This document shows, piece after piece, positions 9,832 through 20,268 of a stretch of DNA of 64,000 bases. The notes beneath the pieces are model-generated. The model searched no databases. It saw nothing but the letters and a program-made list of their open reading frames with translations, and was not told where the DNA came from. Each line of letters starts with the position of its first letter. Positions within the stretch are counted from its first letter, which is position 1. This DNA is from Candidatus Bathyarchaeota archaeon (GTDB lineage: Archaea; Thermoproteota; Bathyarchaeia; Bathyarchaeales; Bathycorpusculaceae): assembly GCA_963733095.1 (NCBI GenBank), contig CAVTBV010000012.1:160001-224000 (forward strand), given 5' to 3'. The translations under genes were made by a program, and so were the position numbers.

Positions 9832-10194
9832 TTACTTCTGAGGACGTTTGCGTTTGGCCTTGCGATTTAATGTTTTAATCGGCTCTAGGACGCATGCTGA
9901 GTAGGATCCTAGTACAATCAGTTCCATGAACTCGGTGCGCAAAGCCTTTTCTTCAGGTATCTCGCTAAACCCGCTCTCCCAACCTTCAATATTAGCTAAA
10001 CTCTTAAAACCCCACAAGGCGGTGAATCCGCCGACTGAACCACCGTATTTGTGTTTGAGAACCCGCAGAGACACTACACCGCTAAATAGACCTGGCTTCT
10101 TCTTCATCAAGGAAACTAGCTTTTTGCCCCACTCGTTATGCTCATCTAGTTTGTCAGGGTTAACAACGTATGTTCTAGCGAGATAAACAGTCAA
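9832..10194 (-). CDS. Hypothetical protein (possible dimeric alpha/beta-barrel fold)
   Basis: Open frame with plausible TTG start at 10194 after GGGGAG; the ORF-track N-terminal extension looks spurious. Confidence 0.5.
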   Translation of the reverse strand: MTVYLARTYVVNPDKLDEHNEWGKKLVSLMKKKPGLFSGVVSLRVLKHKYGGSVGGFTALWGFKSLANIEGWESGFSEIPEEKALRTEFMELIVLGSYSACVLEPIKTLNRKAKRKRPQK

Positions 10195-10333
10195 TCTGCT
10201 CCCCCTAAAATATGAAATACTCAGTGGATTAAAAAAATTCCGCATGATACGTTCAAATCCCAGTGGACCAAAATACATATTCCTTTTGAAACATATTCTA
10301 TCGTGGTAAACAATAAAAGAAGTGTATAACAAG

Positions 10334-10438
10334 ATGGAAATCATGAAAAAACCGATAAACGTCACAATTAGAGAAGAACCCCCTAACCCTAAACCAACCC
10401 CTGACCCTCAGCCAAATCCAATCCCAAATCCAATTTAG
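10334..10438 (+). CDS. 34-aa proline-rich peptide
   Basis: MEIMKKPINVTIREEPPNPKPTPDPQPNPIPNPI*; stop 9 nt before the next ORF. Confidence 0.4.
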   Translation: MEIMKKPINVTIREEPPNPKPTPDPQPNPIPNPI

Positions 10439-10447
10439 TGAAGGTAA

Positions 10448-10633
10448 GTGTCTACTAAATTGCTTAATTCTCGCACCTATGGCTTAATGGCTCTTCCGTT
10501 TGGTATCTCAGGTATCTTGTCACTAGCGGTTTCGCAAGTCTATTTGCCTACAGGTTCATTGTATGCGTTGCCACTCTTAGTTTTAGGTTTATTTCTAGTT
10601 GTGATTTCAATAGTTTTCTTGCGGAAAATTTAA
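10448..10633 (+). CDS. Small two-TM membrane protein
   Basis: Two hydrophobic segments, basic tail RKI; AGGT upstream. Confidence 0.5.
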   Translation: MSTKLLNSRTYGLMALPFGISGILSLAVSQVYLPTGSLYALPLLVLGLFLVVISIVFLRKI

Positions 10634-10914
10634 TGGGAAAAAGCGGGCTTTCTCTGTTTACATTCGAGTTTGGGAACGGTAACTCAACAGCTATCGTCTT
10701 ACGAATCAAAAAATGAGGGATGCGCGGGAGACATCTCCATTTGTCCTAAGGTTCAAATCATCCGCCTGGCAGATTTAGCCCCAGGTTTAAACAAAATACT
10801 CCTTGCTTTTTCCTTAATTTGCGTATTATCTCCCCATCATAAACAGCGACATTTCCATCTTAAATAACAAGTTTATGTTGCCGTCTGCTCTCTAATTATA
10901 GAGTGGTGATAAAG

Positions 10915-11295
10915 ATGAATGCAAAGCAATTCTACAGAATCGAAGTTAGCACAAGTTGGGGACATTTGATCAGGGAAAGGAAGACGCTGACTAAGGACGA
11001 AGAGAAAGTAAGAGAAGCCCGAAGGACTTATCGTGATGGAATTAAAAAAGCATGGGACATTTACACCCAAGACAACATGATAGTAAAGGACGCAAAGGAG
11101 ACTCTTGACTCAGCAATAGACGAAGCATACAAATTATGCTTGCCTGAACATGGAGAGAGAATGGCACAAACAGAATACGAACAAGCAACCAAACTTTATT
11201 TCAAAACTTTATACAAAGTTCACCGCAAGTTTGCAGATACGATTGGACAAATTTGGGGTGGTTTCATGAAAGACATAGAGACTCTCCAAGGCTAA
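10915..11295 (+). CDS. Hypothetical helical protein
   Basis: ATG 10915 after GGTGA RBS; charged helical composition. Confidence 0.55.
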   Translation: MNAKQFYRIEVSTSWGHLIRERKTLTKDEEKVREARRTYRDGIKKAWDIYTQDNMIVKDAKETLDSAIDEAYKLCLPEHGERMAQTEYEQATKLYFKTLYKVHRKFADTIGQIWGGFMKDIETLQG

Positions 11296-11409
11296 CTAAG
11301 AAAAATACTTAGAAGGCTGAACTGAAATCCTATTCATTCTCCAATAGACTAATTGTGCAAACCCTGCGCTTTCAATTGGTGTCCGAAAACATCAATCTAA
11401 AATAGATAA

Positions 11410-11700
11410 TTGGCTAAACCTTTCTCAAAATATTTTCGGGAAAAAGGGGTTGCGCGGGTGATTTCTCCATTCACAGAGCTTCAAGTTATGCAGTTAGTCA
11501 GCAGAGTAAACAGCACCTACAATGAAATCAACCGCAACCTGCTGATTTTTGAAAAAGAGGGCATAGTAATCCATAATTATCCTGTAAAGCCTGGGCGGGA
11601 TAAAGTCCACTTTATTCGGTTGAATAAAGAGAACCCCAAAACAATGGAGATGCTCAAGATTGGAATGGCACATTGGGAAAACCTGAAACATTATTCTTAA
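11410..11700 (+). CDS. Winged-helix-like protein, possibly degenerate
   Basis: LVSRVNSTYNEINRNLLIFEKEGIV resembles an HTH plus wing. Confidence 0.4.
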   Translation: MAKPFSKYFREKGVARVISPFTELQVMQLVSRVNSTYNEINRNLLIFEKEGIVIHNYPVKPGRDKVHFIRLNKENPKTMEMLKIGMAHWENLKHYS

Positions 11701-12558
11701 CAGTAAGAAGCTTGAATCGTTCGGCTGTCTAATTGAGAAAAATCAGTATGGTAATTATGTAGCAAAAGAGAAAACAAGTATAAGTGGAAATGTGTGGGTT
11801 GGAAGAAACCTTGTTCCACGCTTGATATTTTTCTCCATGTTTTTTGTAGGAGCTTTAAGTGCAGAAGTAGTAATTATTATGTCAAGTTATTTTATAACTG
11901 GTCGGGTGATTGAAACCAGTTTCTTTTTCCTGACTGGAATGACTGCTTTGGCAGCTGTTCTTTTTTTACATGAAGGCGTTCCTTGTACCGAAAGGTCAAG
12001 CCTAAACGCGATTAGCTCTTGTCTTAAGGCACGTCGTCTTTGTGCATTCTAGTTGCGATTCAAAAACGGCTTTTCTGGCGTAGCCTCCTTCCTGCAAGGT
12101 GGTAGCCTTAGGTTAGGCTTGCTCAGCAGATTCCTCTAAACCCCATTATTTGCTCATTTTTGAGACGCTTTATGGTTTGGGGCTTTCCTTGACGAGACAT
12201 AAAAAATTTCTACGCGAGCTCAAGCTGCTCTATCTGAAAACACCTCAAACCCTGTGCCTTCATCGCTAACAAGAACTCTACAACAAAACCCATCGACACA
12301 AAAACCAAAACACCAACATACCCCACACATCACCCACACACCTCAACATAGAATCCAACATGACTGTGTGAACCAAACCCTCTCCCCACACACAAACCAC
12401 GAAAGAAAAACAACCCAAACCAAAAAAGCAAACAATTCCAAAGCCCCAAGTGTAGTGTGCAATTCTACACCACCACACCCACACAAAGAGAACGAAAGGA
12501 ATTTTGCGATTGTTTTTTAAGAAGGCAAACAGGTAAATTGATTTGAAGGCGAACCAAA

Positions 12559-13869
12559 GTGGGCTTAAGAAACTTTATCGAAGAACTTCAAAACAAGGGT
12601 GAATTAACAAAGATTACGAAGCCTGTCTCAACCGAATACGAGATGGCAGGCATAATCGCGGCTTTAGGCGAGAAACCAGTCTATTTTGAGAACGTTAAAG
12701 AATCCAGCGTTCCAGTCGTAGCAGGGCTGGTTTCTTCGAAAGATTTGATAGCGCGGTCACTGGGCATAAGCAAAACCCAACTCTTGCCAAGACTGTTAGC
12801 CGCCATCGAGAACCCTGTTCCTCCAACAATCATACAGGAGGGTGCTTGCCAAGAAGTAGTCGAAACAAACGTTGACTTAACCAAACTTCCAATCATGCAT
12901 TACACCGACAAAGACGGCGGAAAATACATCGCCTCCGCAGTATCCATCATCAAAGACCCACAGCTCGGCAAGAACATGTGTTTCCACCGATTAATGCTCA
13001 AAGACAAAAACCATTTTGTAGCGCGAATCGTTGAGAACCGAGGCACCGACACCGCACTCAAGAAGGCAGGAGGCGAACTGGACATAGCCATCTGCATAGG
13101 CAACTCCACAGCAACCCTGCTTTCAGCGGCTACCACATTGCCGATGGGCGTGGACGAACTTGGAATGGCAAACGCACTGGAAAAAACTGACCTGGTCAAA
13201 TGCAAAACCGTCGACCTTGAAGTTCCCGCCAAAACAGAGTTCGTGCTGGAAGGACGCATAACCAAAGAGAAAGCCACTGAAGGACCTTTCCTGGATTTAA
13301 CGGGCATCGTGGACCGCGAACGCCAACAACCCGTAGTCGAAATCAAATACATCACCCACAGGCAAAACCCGATCTACCAAACCATCCTCGCAGGCAAAAA
13401 CGAACACAAGTTCCTCATGGGCATGCCCAAAGAACCCACCATCTACAACGAAGTAGGCAAAGTCTGCAAAGTCAAAGACGTCTATATCACCCCGGGTGGA
13501 TGCAGCTGGCTCCACGCAGTCGTACAAATCAAAAAAGAGAACGCGGACGACGGCAAAAAAGCCATAGCCTCCGCGTTTAAGGGACATGGATCGCTCAAAC
13601 ACTGTGTCGTGGTGGATGAGGACATTAACATCTATGACCCGCAGGATGTGGAGTGGGCAATTGCTACACGCTTCCAAGCAGACAAAAACGCCATAGTTCT
13701 CTCTAACCAGCCGGGTTCATCGCTTGACCCTTCAGGCGACCTATCGGAAGGCAAAAAAGCCACCACCGCCAAAGCAGGCTTAGACGCCACCGCACCCCTC
13801 ATCTCGACGGGCAAGGGCTTTAAGAAAGTGGACTACATCAAAGTTGACCTAAACAAGTACTTGGGATAG
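12559..13869 (+). CDS. UbiD-family prFMN decarboxylase (likely trans-anhydromevalonate 5-phosphate decarboxylase)
   Basis: EGPF, VVVDEDI.I.D..DVEWAIATR, SSLDPS; operonic with the AcnX subunits. Confidence 0.88.
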   Translation: MGLRNFIEELQNKGELTKITKPVSTEYEMAGIIAALGEKPVYFENVKESSVPVVAGLVSSKDLIARSLGISKTQLLPRLLAAIENPVPPTIIQEGACQEVVETNVDLTKLPIMHYTDKDGGKYIASAVSIIKDPQLGKNMCFHRLMLKDKNHFVARIVENRGTDTALKKAGGELDIAICIGNSTATLLSAATTLPMGVDELGMANALEKTDLVKCKTVDLEVPAKTEFVLEGRITKEKATEGPFLDLTGIVDRERQQPVVEIKYITHRQNPIYQTILAGKNEHKFLMGMPKEPTIYNEVGKVCKVKDVYITPGGCSWLHAVVQIKKENADDGKKAIASAFKGHGSLKHCVVVDEDINIYDPQDVEWAIATRFQADKNAIVLSNQPGSSLDPSGDLSEGKKATTAKAGLDATAPLISTGKGFKKVDYIKVDLNKYLG

Positions 13870-13871
13870 GC

Positions 13872-15071
13872 ATGGAATTAACTAAACAAGAACAAGCAAT
13901 GCTTGATGGCAAAGAAGGCTACGCCGTCCGCAAAAGCATGGAAATCCTCGTCGCACTGGGCGAGATTTTCGGAGCAAAAAGCCTCATCAAAGTAGGCAGC
14001 GTCCAAGTCGCAGGAGTATCCTACCACAACCTCGGCGACGCAGGCTTAGAATTTCTAAACGAACTTGCCACAGACGGCAAAGTAAAAGTTCTCACTACCC
14101 TAAACCCAGCAGGCATGGACCTTGAAAACTGGCAGCAACTCGGCATCAGCCCCGAATTCGCCGAAAAACAGAACCTTGTCATTGACGCCTTCAAACGCAT
14201 GGGCATCCTAATCAGCTGCACTTGCACACCCTACCTAATCGGCAACCTCCCCCTCTACGGCGAACACCTCGCCTGGTCCGAAAGCAGCGCAGTCACATTC
14301 GCCAACTCAGTTTTGGGTGCAAGAACCAACCGTGAAGGCGGACCATCCGCGCTCGCAGCCGCATTCGTCGGCAAAACCCCCAATTACGGCTTGCACTTAG
14401 ACGAGAACCGAGTCCCAGACATCCATGTCCAAGTTAACGCAGAGTTATCAAAGCTATCCGATTGGGGAGCCTTAGGCTACACGATTGGCAAAAAAGCAGA
14501 AAACAAGATTCCCTACATAACAGGCATCAAAGCAGCAGAACTCGACGAGTTAAAATCCTTCTGCGCATCAGTCGTCACTTACGGCGCGAAACCGCTCTTC
14601 TACATGAAGGGCATCACTCCGGGTGCGGAACTGCAAACCCAACCAAAACAAACAGTGACAATCGAGAAAGCCGACCTCAAAGGCGCATACGACAGCATCA
14701 ACGACCAAGTCAACGAAATCGACTTCGTCTGCGTGGGTTGTCCACATTGCTCGATTAAGGAAATACAGGAAATTGCAGACTTAATCAAGGGCAAAAAAGT
14801 AAAAGAAGGCAGCGAAATGTGGGTTGCCACCTCCCGAACCGCGAAGCAACTCGCGGACAAGCGGGGTTACACTGCAACAATCGAGGAGGCAGGCGGCAAA
14901 TTTGCATGTGACACCTGCATGGCAGTCGCACCCCTCAAAGGAAGGTTCAAAGCCTTAGCCACAACATCGGCAAAAGGATGCTTCTATTCAAGGCAGAACC
15001 TTATGAAGACCAAGATGGGCAGCATGAAAGAATGCGTTGAAGCAGCGGTGAGTGGAAAATGGAACAATTAA
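13872..15071 (+). CDS. Aconitase X large subunit (phosphomevalonate dehydratase large subunit)
   Basis: TTLNP, CTCTPY, WSESSA..FANSVLGARTNREG, GCPHCS, DTCM. Confidence 0.92.
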   Translation: MELTKQEQAMLDGKEGYAVRKSMEILVALGEIFGAKSLIKVGSVQVAGVSYHNLGDAGLEFLNELATDGKVKVLTTLNPAGMDLENWQQLGISPEFAEKQNLVIDAFKRMGILISCTCTPYLIGNLPLYGEHLAWSESSAVTFANSVLGARTNREGGPSALAAAFVGKTPNYGLHLDENRVPDIHVQVNAELSKLSDWGALGYTIGKKAENKIPYITGIKAAELDELKSFCASVVTYGAKPLFYMKGITPGAELQTQPKQTVTIEKADLKGAYDSINDQVNEIDFVCVGCPHCSIKEIQEIADLIKGKKVKEGSEMWVATSRTAKQLADKRGYTATIEEAGGKFACDTCMAVAPLKGRFKALATTSAKGCFYSRQNLMKTKMGSMKECVEAAVSGKWNN

Positions 15072-15445
15072 AAGGCAGAATAATCTACAAAGGCAAAGCC
15101 AAAGGCGAAGCACTCGTAACAGAAATGCCAATATCCTTCTACGGTGGCGTAGACCCCAACACAGGCATCGTCATCGAAAAAGGACACCGGCTAAACGGCC
15201 AAAGCGTCAAAGACAAAATCCTCGTATTCCCCCAAGGCAAAGGCAGCACAGTGGGCAGCTACACCCTCTATCGCATGAAAAAAAACGGCACCGCGCCCAA
15301 AGGCATGATAAACAAAGAATCCGAAACCATAATAGCTGTCGGGGCCATAATCAGCGAAATCCCCACCATAGACAAAATAGATATAACAAAAATTAAAACA
15401 GGCAACAAAGTCAGCATAGAAAACGACTCAGTAATAATCTATTGA
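15059..15445 (+). CDS. Aconitase X swivel-domain small subunit (DUF126)
   Basis: ISFYGGVDP.TG, GKGSTVGSY. Confidence 0.92.
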   Translation: MEQLKGRIIYKGKAKGEALVTEMPISFYGGVDPNTGIVIEKGHRLNGQSVKDKILVFPQGKGSTVGSYTLYRMKKNGTAPKGMINKESETIIAVGAIISEIPTIDKIDITKIKTGNKVSIENDSVIIY

Positions 15446-15521
15446 TACTCTGTCTTAAGGTTCAAATCAATCTTGGGTCATTTTAGGACTGATATAACAA
15501 AAAAATTACTTGAAATGGTTT

Positions 15522-15612
15522 GCTGAGGCTCTGGCTTAAAGGAGAAAAGAGCAAATGCAAAAGCTCTTTTGACTATGGCTATTTCATGAACGATTACCAG
15601 AACCTACTCAGC
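15522..15612 (-). repeat. Conserved structured element, copy 1 (candidate ncRNA or ssDNA hairpin)
   Basis: ~91% identical to 31435-31526; terminal inverted arms GCTGAGGCTCTGGC / (A/G)CCAGA(A/G)CC-TAC-TCAGC and inner AAAAGAGC/GCTCTTTT hairpin. Confidence 0.85.
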
Positions 15613-15639
15613 CCACATTTTTTCTCCAATGCATTAAAA

Positions 15640-15660
15640 GACTAAAAAAGGGGAAGGAAA
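15640..15660 (-). terminator. U-rich archaeal terminator-like tract after the propeller gene (also at ~31553-31570 and ~36367-36388)
   Basis: Sense strand TTCCCCTTTTTTAGTC, with near-identical tracts behind all three paralogs. Confidence 0.5.
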
Positions 15661-15678
15661 GATTGATGGTTAACATCT

Positions 15679-18225
15679 TTAAGGTCGCTTCTTCATCATC
15701 AGTACTACGAGCAAAGCTAGTACTATGATGACCAAGACAAATAGGCCTGCAATTGCTGGGATAAAGTATGTGTCAGCGGTTGATGCTGTTTGCGGTGTTG
15801 GCGTTGCGGTTGCTGCTGATTGGTCTTCAACGAAGAAGGCGTTTTGAGCGACTGATCCATAGTATGCTTCAGAGCCTGCGAATGTTACATATACTGTGTA
15901 ACTACCTGAGATGTCTGGTTTCCAACTGAATTTGTATGCTCCTGTGAGGTCGCTTGTGGTTGTGCCGATTTCACGTAGGTTGCCGTTTGTGTCGAGGACA
16001 CTGACAGTTAATGGTACACCACTTGCGTTGGTTGGGCATTCGAATTGCTTGTAGACATATAGCATCCATCCACTCTGGCTTTCGTCAGAAACTGCTGGAA
16101 CCCCGTCGGGGAACCGCATTTTGATGGCGTCGGTCTGAGTGCCTGGTGAAATATCGGTTACTGAGCCTTTTATTACAACAGTTTTACCGAATTCAACTGA
16201 CACGTCAGGAGCTGACGCTGTTAGTGCAGTGGGGCCTTTGCCAATTGCGTAGATACGTTGGTCATATGTGTCCATAGTTGCAATGATGCTATCGCCGATG
16301 ATTCCGTTACCACCCCAACGAGTCTCACGATACATACCGTTAACTCGCCAAATTTCTGAGCCATCGGTTGCATTAATACAGATGTAGGGTGCGCCCCTTG
16401 GTAGCGGTTGTTCAGCAGAGTGTTCGAGTGTGCCTATGTAGATTTTGTTGTCAACGATTAGGTCTATCCAGCCCCACCAGTTCTCACCAGTAACAGGCTC
16501 TTTGTACGCATCGCTTAATTTGTAAGTCCATGCTGTCTCACCAGTCTTAAGGTCGTAAGCATATAGTATGCCGGCGACACCGACGGAGTAAAGTTTGCCA
16601 TATGCATAGTACCAAGTGTGTTCAACGTTTCCCCAACCGTACATGTCTAAGTAGTTTTCAGGGGTAGTTGCCCAGAGGTATTTGCCAGTTTCCACGCTAA
16701 AACCATAGTGAGTTCTTAGTTCTTTGTCCCAAACTGCGATAACACCATCTTGGACATAGTTGGTTGCTCCGGAATAGTGTAATGTGTTTGAGCCTGTGAG
16801 CCATTCGGAAGGTGCTGACCACCATTCATTGAAGAGTGCTGTTGTTGACTTTGAAGCTGAAGTTAAGCCAGCAATGTTCAGTGCCCATACTTCAACCTTA
16901 GTTTGGTTGAAGAATATTGACATAATTCTGTCTTCAGAGTAGACCTTTGCAAATGGCGCGAAGAAGGATGTGCCAGCTTGCAATCCTGCAGGAATTGTTA
17001 CATTCCACGAATAGCATTTTGGATTCGTTGCGTCGAGTGTCTTTTGGTGTACATTGCTTGCCCAACTACCTAGGTCTGGAGAGTTTGGCTGTGCGGTTTG
17101 CAGTCCGCAGAGTGTTGAGTTCCAAAGTGCCATCCAATTATTTTGGAAGTCAATTTGGTAGATTAGAATTTCACCGCTTGGACCTCGAGTAGTGGCTATG
17201 CCGCTGGGAACGTTAATGAACGAGAATTCCCATTCGCCATTGAAAGGATCATAGGCGTTCCATGTTGAACCATCGTTTGAGTAGAGATATGTGTATACAC
17301 CGTCGACATTGTAGCTGTTCCAATAGAGAATTTGGCCGAATGATAGTGCTGTGTCGTTCTTGAACCAGAGTTTTTCTCCTGTGTGCAGGTCCACTGCTTG
17401 AATGCCATTCACACCAAGCGTATTGCTATAAGTTCCTCCAGGTGCCACGTTGTAGTAGAGTATACCGTTCATTATCACTGAGTTAATGAATTTGCCTTCA
17501 TATGCGTCACCTGATTCAGAAGATGCCTGAATTTGTCCATCGCCCCACAATCCACCAGTCATACCGCCAGTTGTTAAGTCTTTAACCCATAGAGTGTGAG
17601 CAGTAGTTGGTGCGTCGTCGTTGTAGAGTGCTAGTGCATTGTCCGGCATTGTCACCCAGTTGCCCGAGATAGAGTACCATTCTCGAAGTTGCGGATCAAT
17701 TGGGCGACTCCAATATTCAGTTGGAAGAGCATGACCTGGATAATATACCAATGGTTCGGTCGTGACCTCGAGAGTCATTGTCGCAGTGCTTGCTAGCATT
17801 ACAGTTCCCTCGGCAATATACGTGCCTCGTTCAAAATCCATAAAACCAGGAGCTGCCACCGTGTTGTTGGGGAAATTTGTCGTTATTGTATAGTTGCCAA
17901 CTTCTGAAGGCGTGTATTGGGTGAAGCTAGAGCCTGTTGAGTCTGTGGAAAAGGGACCAAGTGTTTCTTTGGTACCGTCAGGTTTTGTAATGGTCAATGT
18001 AATACCTGTCCACATCAGATCGGCGGAGCCCAAGGCTTGGGAAATACCGTATTTAAGTAGTGTTGCTTGTCCAACTCCTGTCGGATTGGGTATGGCATCA
18101 ACTATAGCATAGGTTTGCTGTGTAGGCGCTGCTTGTGCATTGACCGGACTTATTTGTATTGATGTTACAACGGAAATTACAAATGCAAATATTAGCAAAA
18201 TTCCGATTGTTTTTTGTGTTTTCAT
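15679..18225 (-). CDS. Secreted, C-terminally anchored PQQ-like beta-propeller surface protein, paralog 1
   Basis: Signal peptide MKTQKTIGILLIFAFV..VNA; Trp-docking repeats AVDLHTGEKLW, FSVETGKYLW, AYDLKTGETAW, CINATDGSEIW; Ig-like ends; PT linker, TM helix, KKRP. Confidence 0.88.
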   Translation of the reverse strand: MKTQKTIGILLIFAFVISVVTSIQISPVNAQAAPTQQTYAIVDAIPNPTGVGQATLLKYGISQALGSADLMWTGITLTITKPDGTKETLGPFSTDSTGSSFTQYTPSEVGNYTITTNFPNNTVAAPGFMDFERGTYIAEGTVMLASTATMTLEVTTEPLVYYPGHALPTEYWSRPIDPQLREWYSISGNWVTMPDNALALYNDDAPTTAHTLWVKDLTTGGMTGGLWGDGQIQASSESGDAYEGKFINSVIMNGILYYNVAPGGTYSNTLGVNGIQAVDLHTGEKLWFKNDTALSFGQILYWNSYNVDGVYTYLYSNDGSTWNAYDPFNGEWEFSFINVPSGIATTRGPSGEILIYQIDFQNNWMALWNSTLCGLQTAQPNSPDLGSWASNVHQKTLDATNPKCYSWNVTIPAGLQAGTSFFAPFAKVYSEDRIMSIFFNQTKVEVWALNIAGLTSASKSTTALFNEWWSAPSEWLTGSNTLHYSGATNYVQDGVIAVWDKELRTHYGFSVETGKYLWATTPENYLDMYGWGNVEHTWYYAYGKLYSVGVAGILYAYDLKTGETAWTYKLSDAYKEPVTGENWWGWIDLIVDNKIYIGTLEHSAEQPLPRGAPYICINATDGSEIWRVNGMYRETRWGGNGIIGDSIIATMDTYDQRIYAIGKGPTALTASAPDVSVEFGKTVVIKGSVTDISPGTQTDAIKMRFPDGVPAVSDESQSGWMLYVYKQFECPTNASGVPLTVSVLDTNGNLREIGTTTSDLTGAYKFSWKPDISGSYTVYVTFAGSEAYYGSVAQNAFFVEDQSAATATPTPQTASTADTYFIPAIAGLFVLVIIVLALLVVLMMKKRP

Positions 18226-19463
18226 TTTTTTTCCTCTCAGCATTTTTCTTTTTGATTTTATATAAGCAGACCATGTTATATTCCAAACAATGGCCAGCTA
18301 GCTTTATTTTGTATCAAATAATCCGCATTTAAAGCTAAGTGGCAAGTGGGTAATGACAACTGAAAAAATAGCTAATTCTTCAAAAAGTTGGCTATAATAA
18401 CGAGTTTTACCCATGTCAAGCCACAATTGCTCAGGTCTTTAGTCCCACAGAGTACAAGCAGTAAGAGGAAATCAGCAATGTAGATGCAGGGGTTGTATGA
18501 AATTGTCGCCCGATTGCCTGAGTTTGAGTACAATGACCTATGGTCACTCAAATAGTCTGTTGGAAAGCCTGAACTGGATTAGTCGGGCAAATCCGGCAGC
18601 AATACTGCGTCATCGAGTACTTCACTGAGACTTGCTAAGAATGTGGTGTCACCAGTTAAGAAGTATTGCCTTCAAAGTTGAAGAAATCGTTGTCATGGGT
18701 TTTTCTGTTCAGGAAAGTGAATTGTTATTCGGTATTAATCGGATTGATTAATTGTTCCATCGGCGAGCACTTCAATTAGTAAATTGCCAAATTCGTGAAA
18801 ATGTTGTATGAAAAATACCGAGTAGGTTTGGACACTCAGGGTAATGAACAATTTTTGTTTCAACCCAAAAGCATCTCCTTGCGATATTATCGATAAGTAA
18901 TGTCAAATAATTAAAAGGAGGTTTTGCGGGTGATGCTTTCAATGCTTTGAGGGCCGAATCCCACCCTACACAATGGTGAATGGATTGAAGATACCAAAAT
19001 AAGTAAATTTATTGACCGGAAATTTCTTTTGTTTGGTTTTTTGTGTGATTGGGTTTGTTTTTATGAACACAGCTGCTACGGGTTTAGTGGCGGATATTGA
19101 TAAATGGACCATGTGGTGCTTGATCGCATCGTGCAATCATTGCTTTCTTTTGCGGTCCATGGATACCCAAAATTGCGTACCTGCAACCTACTTGGGTCTT
19201 ATAGGGGCATAGTGGGTCCAATTAGCAGATCTATGCACAAACTATAGAGGAGTCTACTCCCCTAAGAGAGGTAGGTCGCATTTTCTAAAACCTGCTCATT
19301 TACATGTTGAAAATCAGTACTTCAAAACGCCGGATTTGTGCATAAGTAATCTTACGCCTTTGTAGTTATCACTGGCGTTGCGTCAACATATTTATTGGGA
19401 AGGGCAGAAAACTGCAACGTTAAATTAGCAGAAGTTCAATAGACTAGTCAGGTAAGATTTACG

Positions 19464-20267
19464 ATGAATGATACAAGACCCATAATCCTTAAAATCGGCG
19501 GCTCAGCCATCACCGACAAAACCGGAGAGTTAGCGGCAAAAACCGAAATCATAAACCGCTTGGCAGAAGAAATCAAGCGCGCAGACCTCGACAACCTAAT
19601 CGTTGTACACGGAGGGGGAAGTTTTGGTCACCCAACAGCACTAAAATATGGGTTAAAGGAAGGCTACAATGAGGACCCAACTCAGAAGTTGGGCTTTGCG
19701 GAAACCCATCATGTTATGACGGTTCTGAACGGTTTAGTTATGGATGCTATGATTTGGCATGAAACCCCAGCCGTGAGTATTGCGCCTTCGTCTTGTTTCT
19801 TGACGGAGAACGGAAAAATCAAGTTCTTCGACGAAACCGTCCTTAAAGCCATGCAAAAGATGAATTTTACCCCAGTCATGTATGGCGATGCGGTTTTAGA
19901 TGAAAAATTAGGCTTCACAATCCTCTCAGGCGACCAACTTGTAGCTTACTTAGCCATTAAATACAATGCTTCAAAAATCGTCGTTGGCACAGACACAGAC
20001 GGCTTATTCGACGCAGACCCAAAAACTAACCCAGATGCAAAACCCTACAAGAAACTAACTCTAAAAGAACTCAAAGATATCCAGCCTAAACTCGGCAAAG
20101 CCCAAGGCAAAGATGTTACCGGCGGCATGGCAGGCAAAATAGAATCACTTATCCCAGCAATCGAAGCGGGAGTCCATGTCACTGTTACGGGTGCAACAAA
20201 AGGGTTATCTATTTACAGGGCACTAACAGACCAAAGTGTGTTAGGCACTGAAATAGAGAAGAGCTAA
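19464..20267 (+). CDS. ipk: Isopentenyl phosphate kinase
   Basis: LKIGGSAITDK, VHGGGSFGH, SGD, DVTGGM..K. Confidence 0.93.
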   Translation: MNDTRPIILKIGGSAITDKTGELAAKTEIINRLAEEIKRADLDNLIVVHGGGSFGHPTALKYGLKEGYNEDPTQKLGFAETHHVMTVLNGLVMDAMIWHETPAVSIAPSSCFLTENGKIKFFDETVLKAMQKMNFTPVMYGDAVLDEKLGFTILSGDQLVAYLAIKYNASKIVVGTDTDGLFDADPKTNPDAKPYKKLTLKELKDIQPKLGKAQGKDVTGGMAGKIESLIPAIEAGVHVTVTGATKGLSIYRALTDQSVLGTEIEKS

Positions 20268-20268
20268 G

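Noticed and set aside
11792-12520. ORFs 11792..12052, 12254..12520 and 12278..12484
   Set aside because: Compositionally biased, with no motifs and no convincing RBS
15522-15612. Element as canonical integron attC, SECIS/PYLIS or hammerhead ribozyme
   Set aside because: No RYYYAAC/GTTRRRY ends. No in-frame UGA in the genes, and only one has a UAG. The CUGANGA/GAAA core is not correctly arranged.
18640-18900. Possible remnant of a secreted beta-helix (NosD-like) gene on the minus strand (VLADGTIN, GNT..LTGD fragments)
   Set aside because: Too degenerate to support without alignment
18948-18970. GAGGGCCGAATCCCACCC resembling a tRNA 3' half (att scar)
   Set aside because: Short and imperfect, with no integrase or matching tRNA in the window
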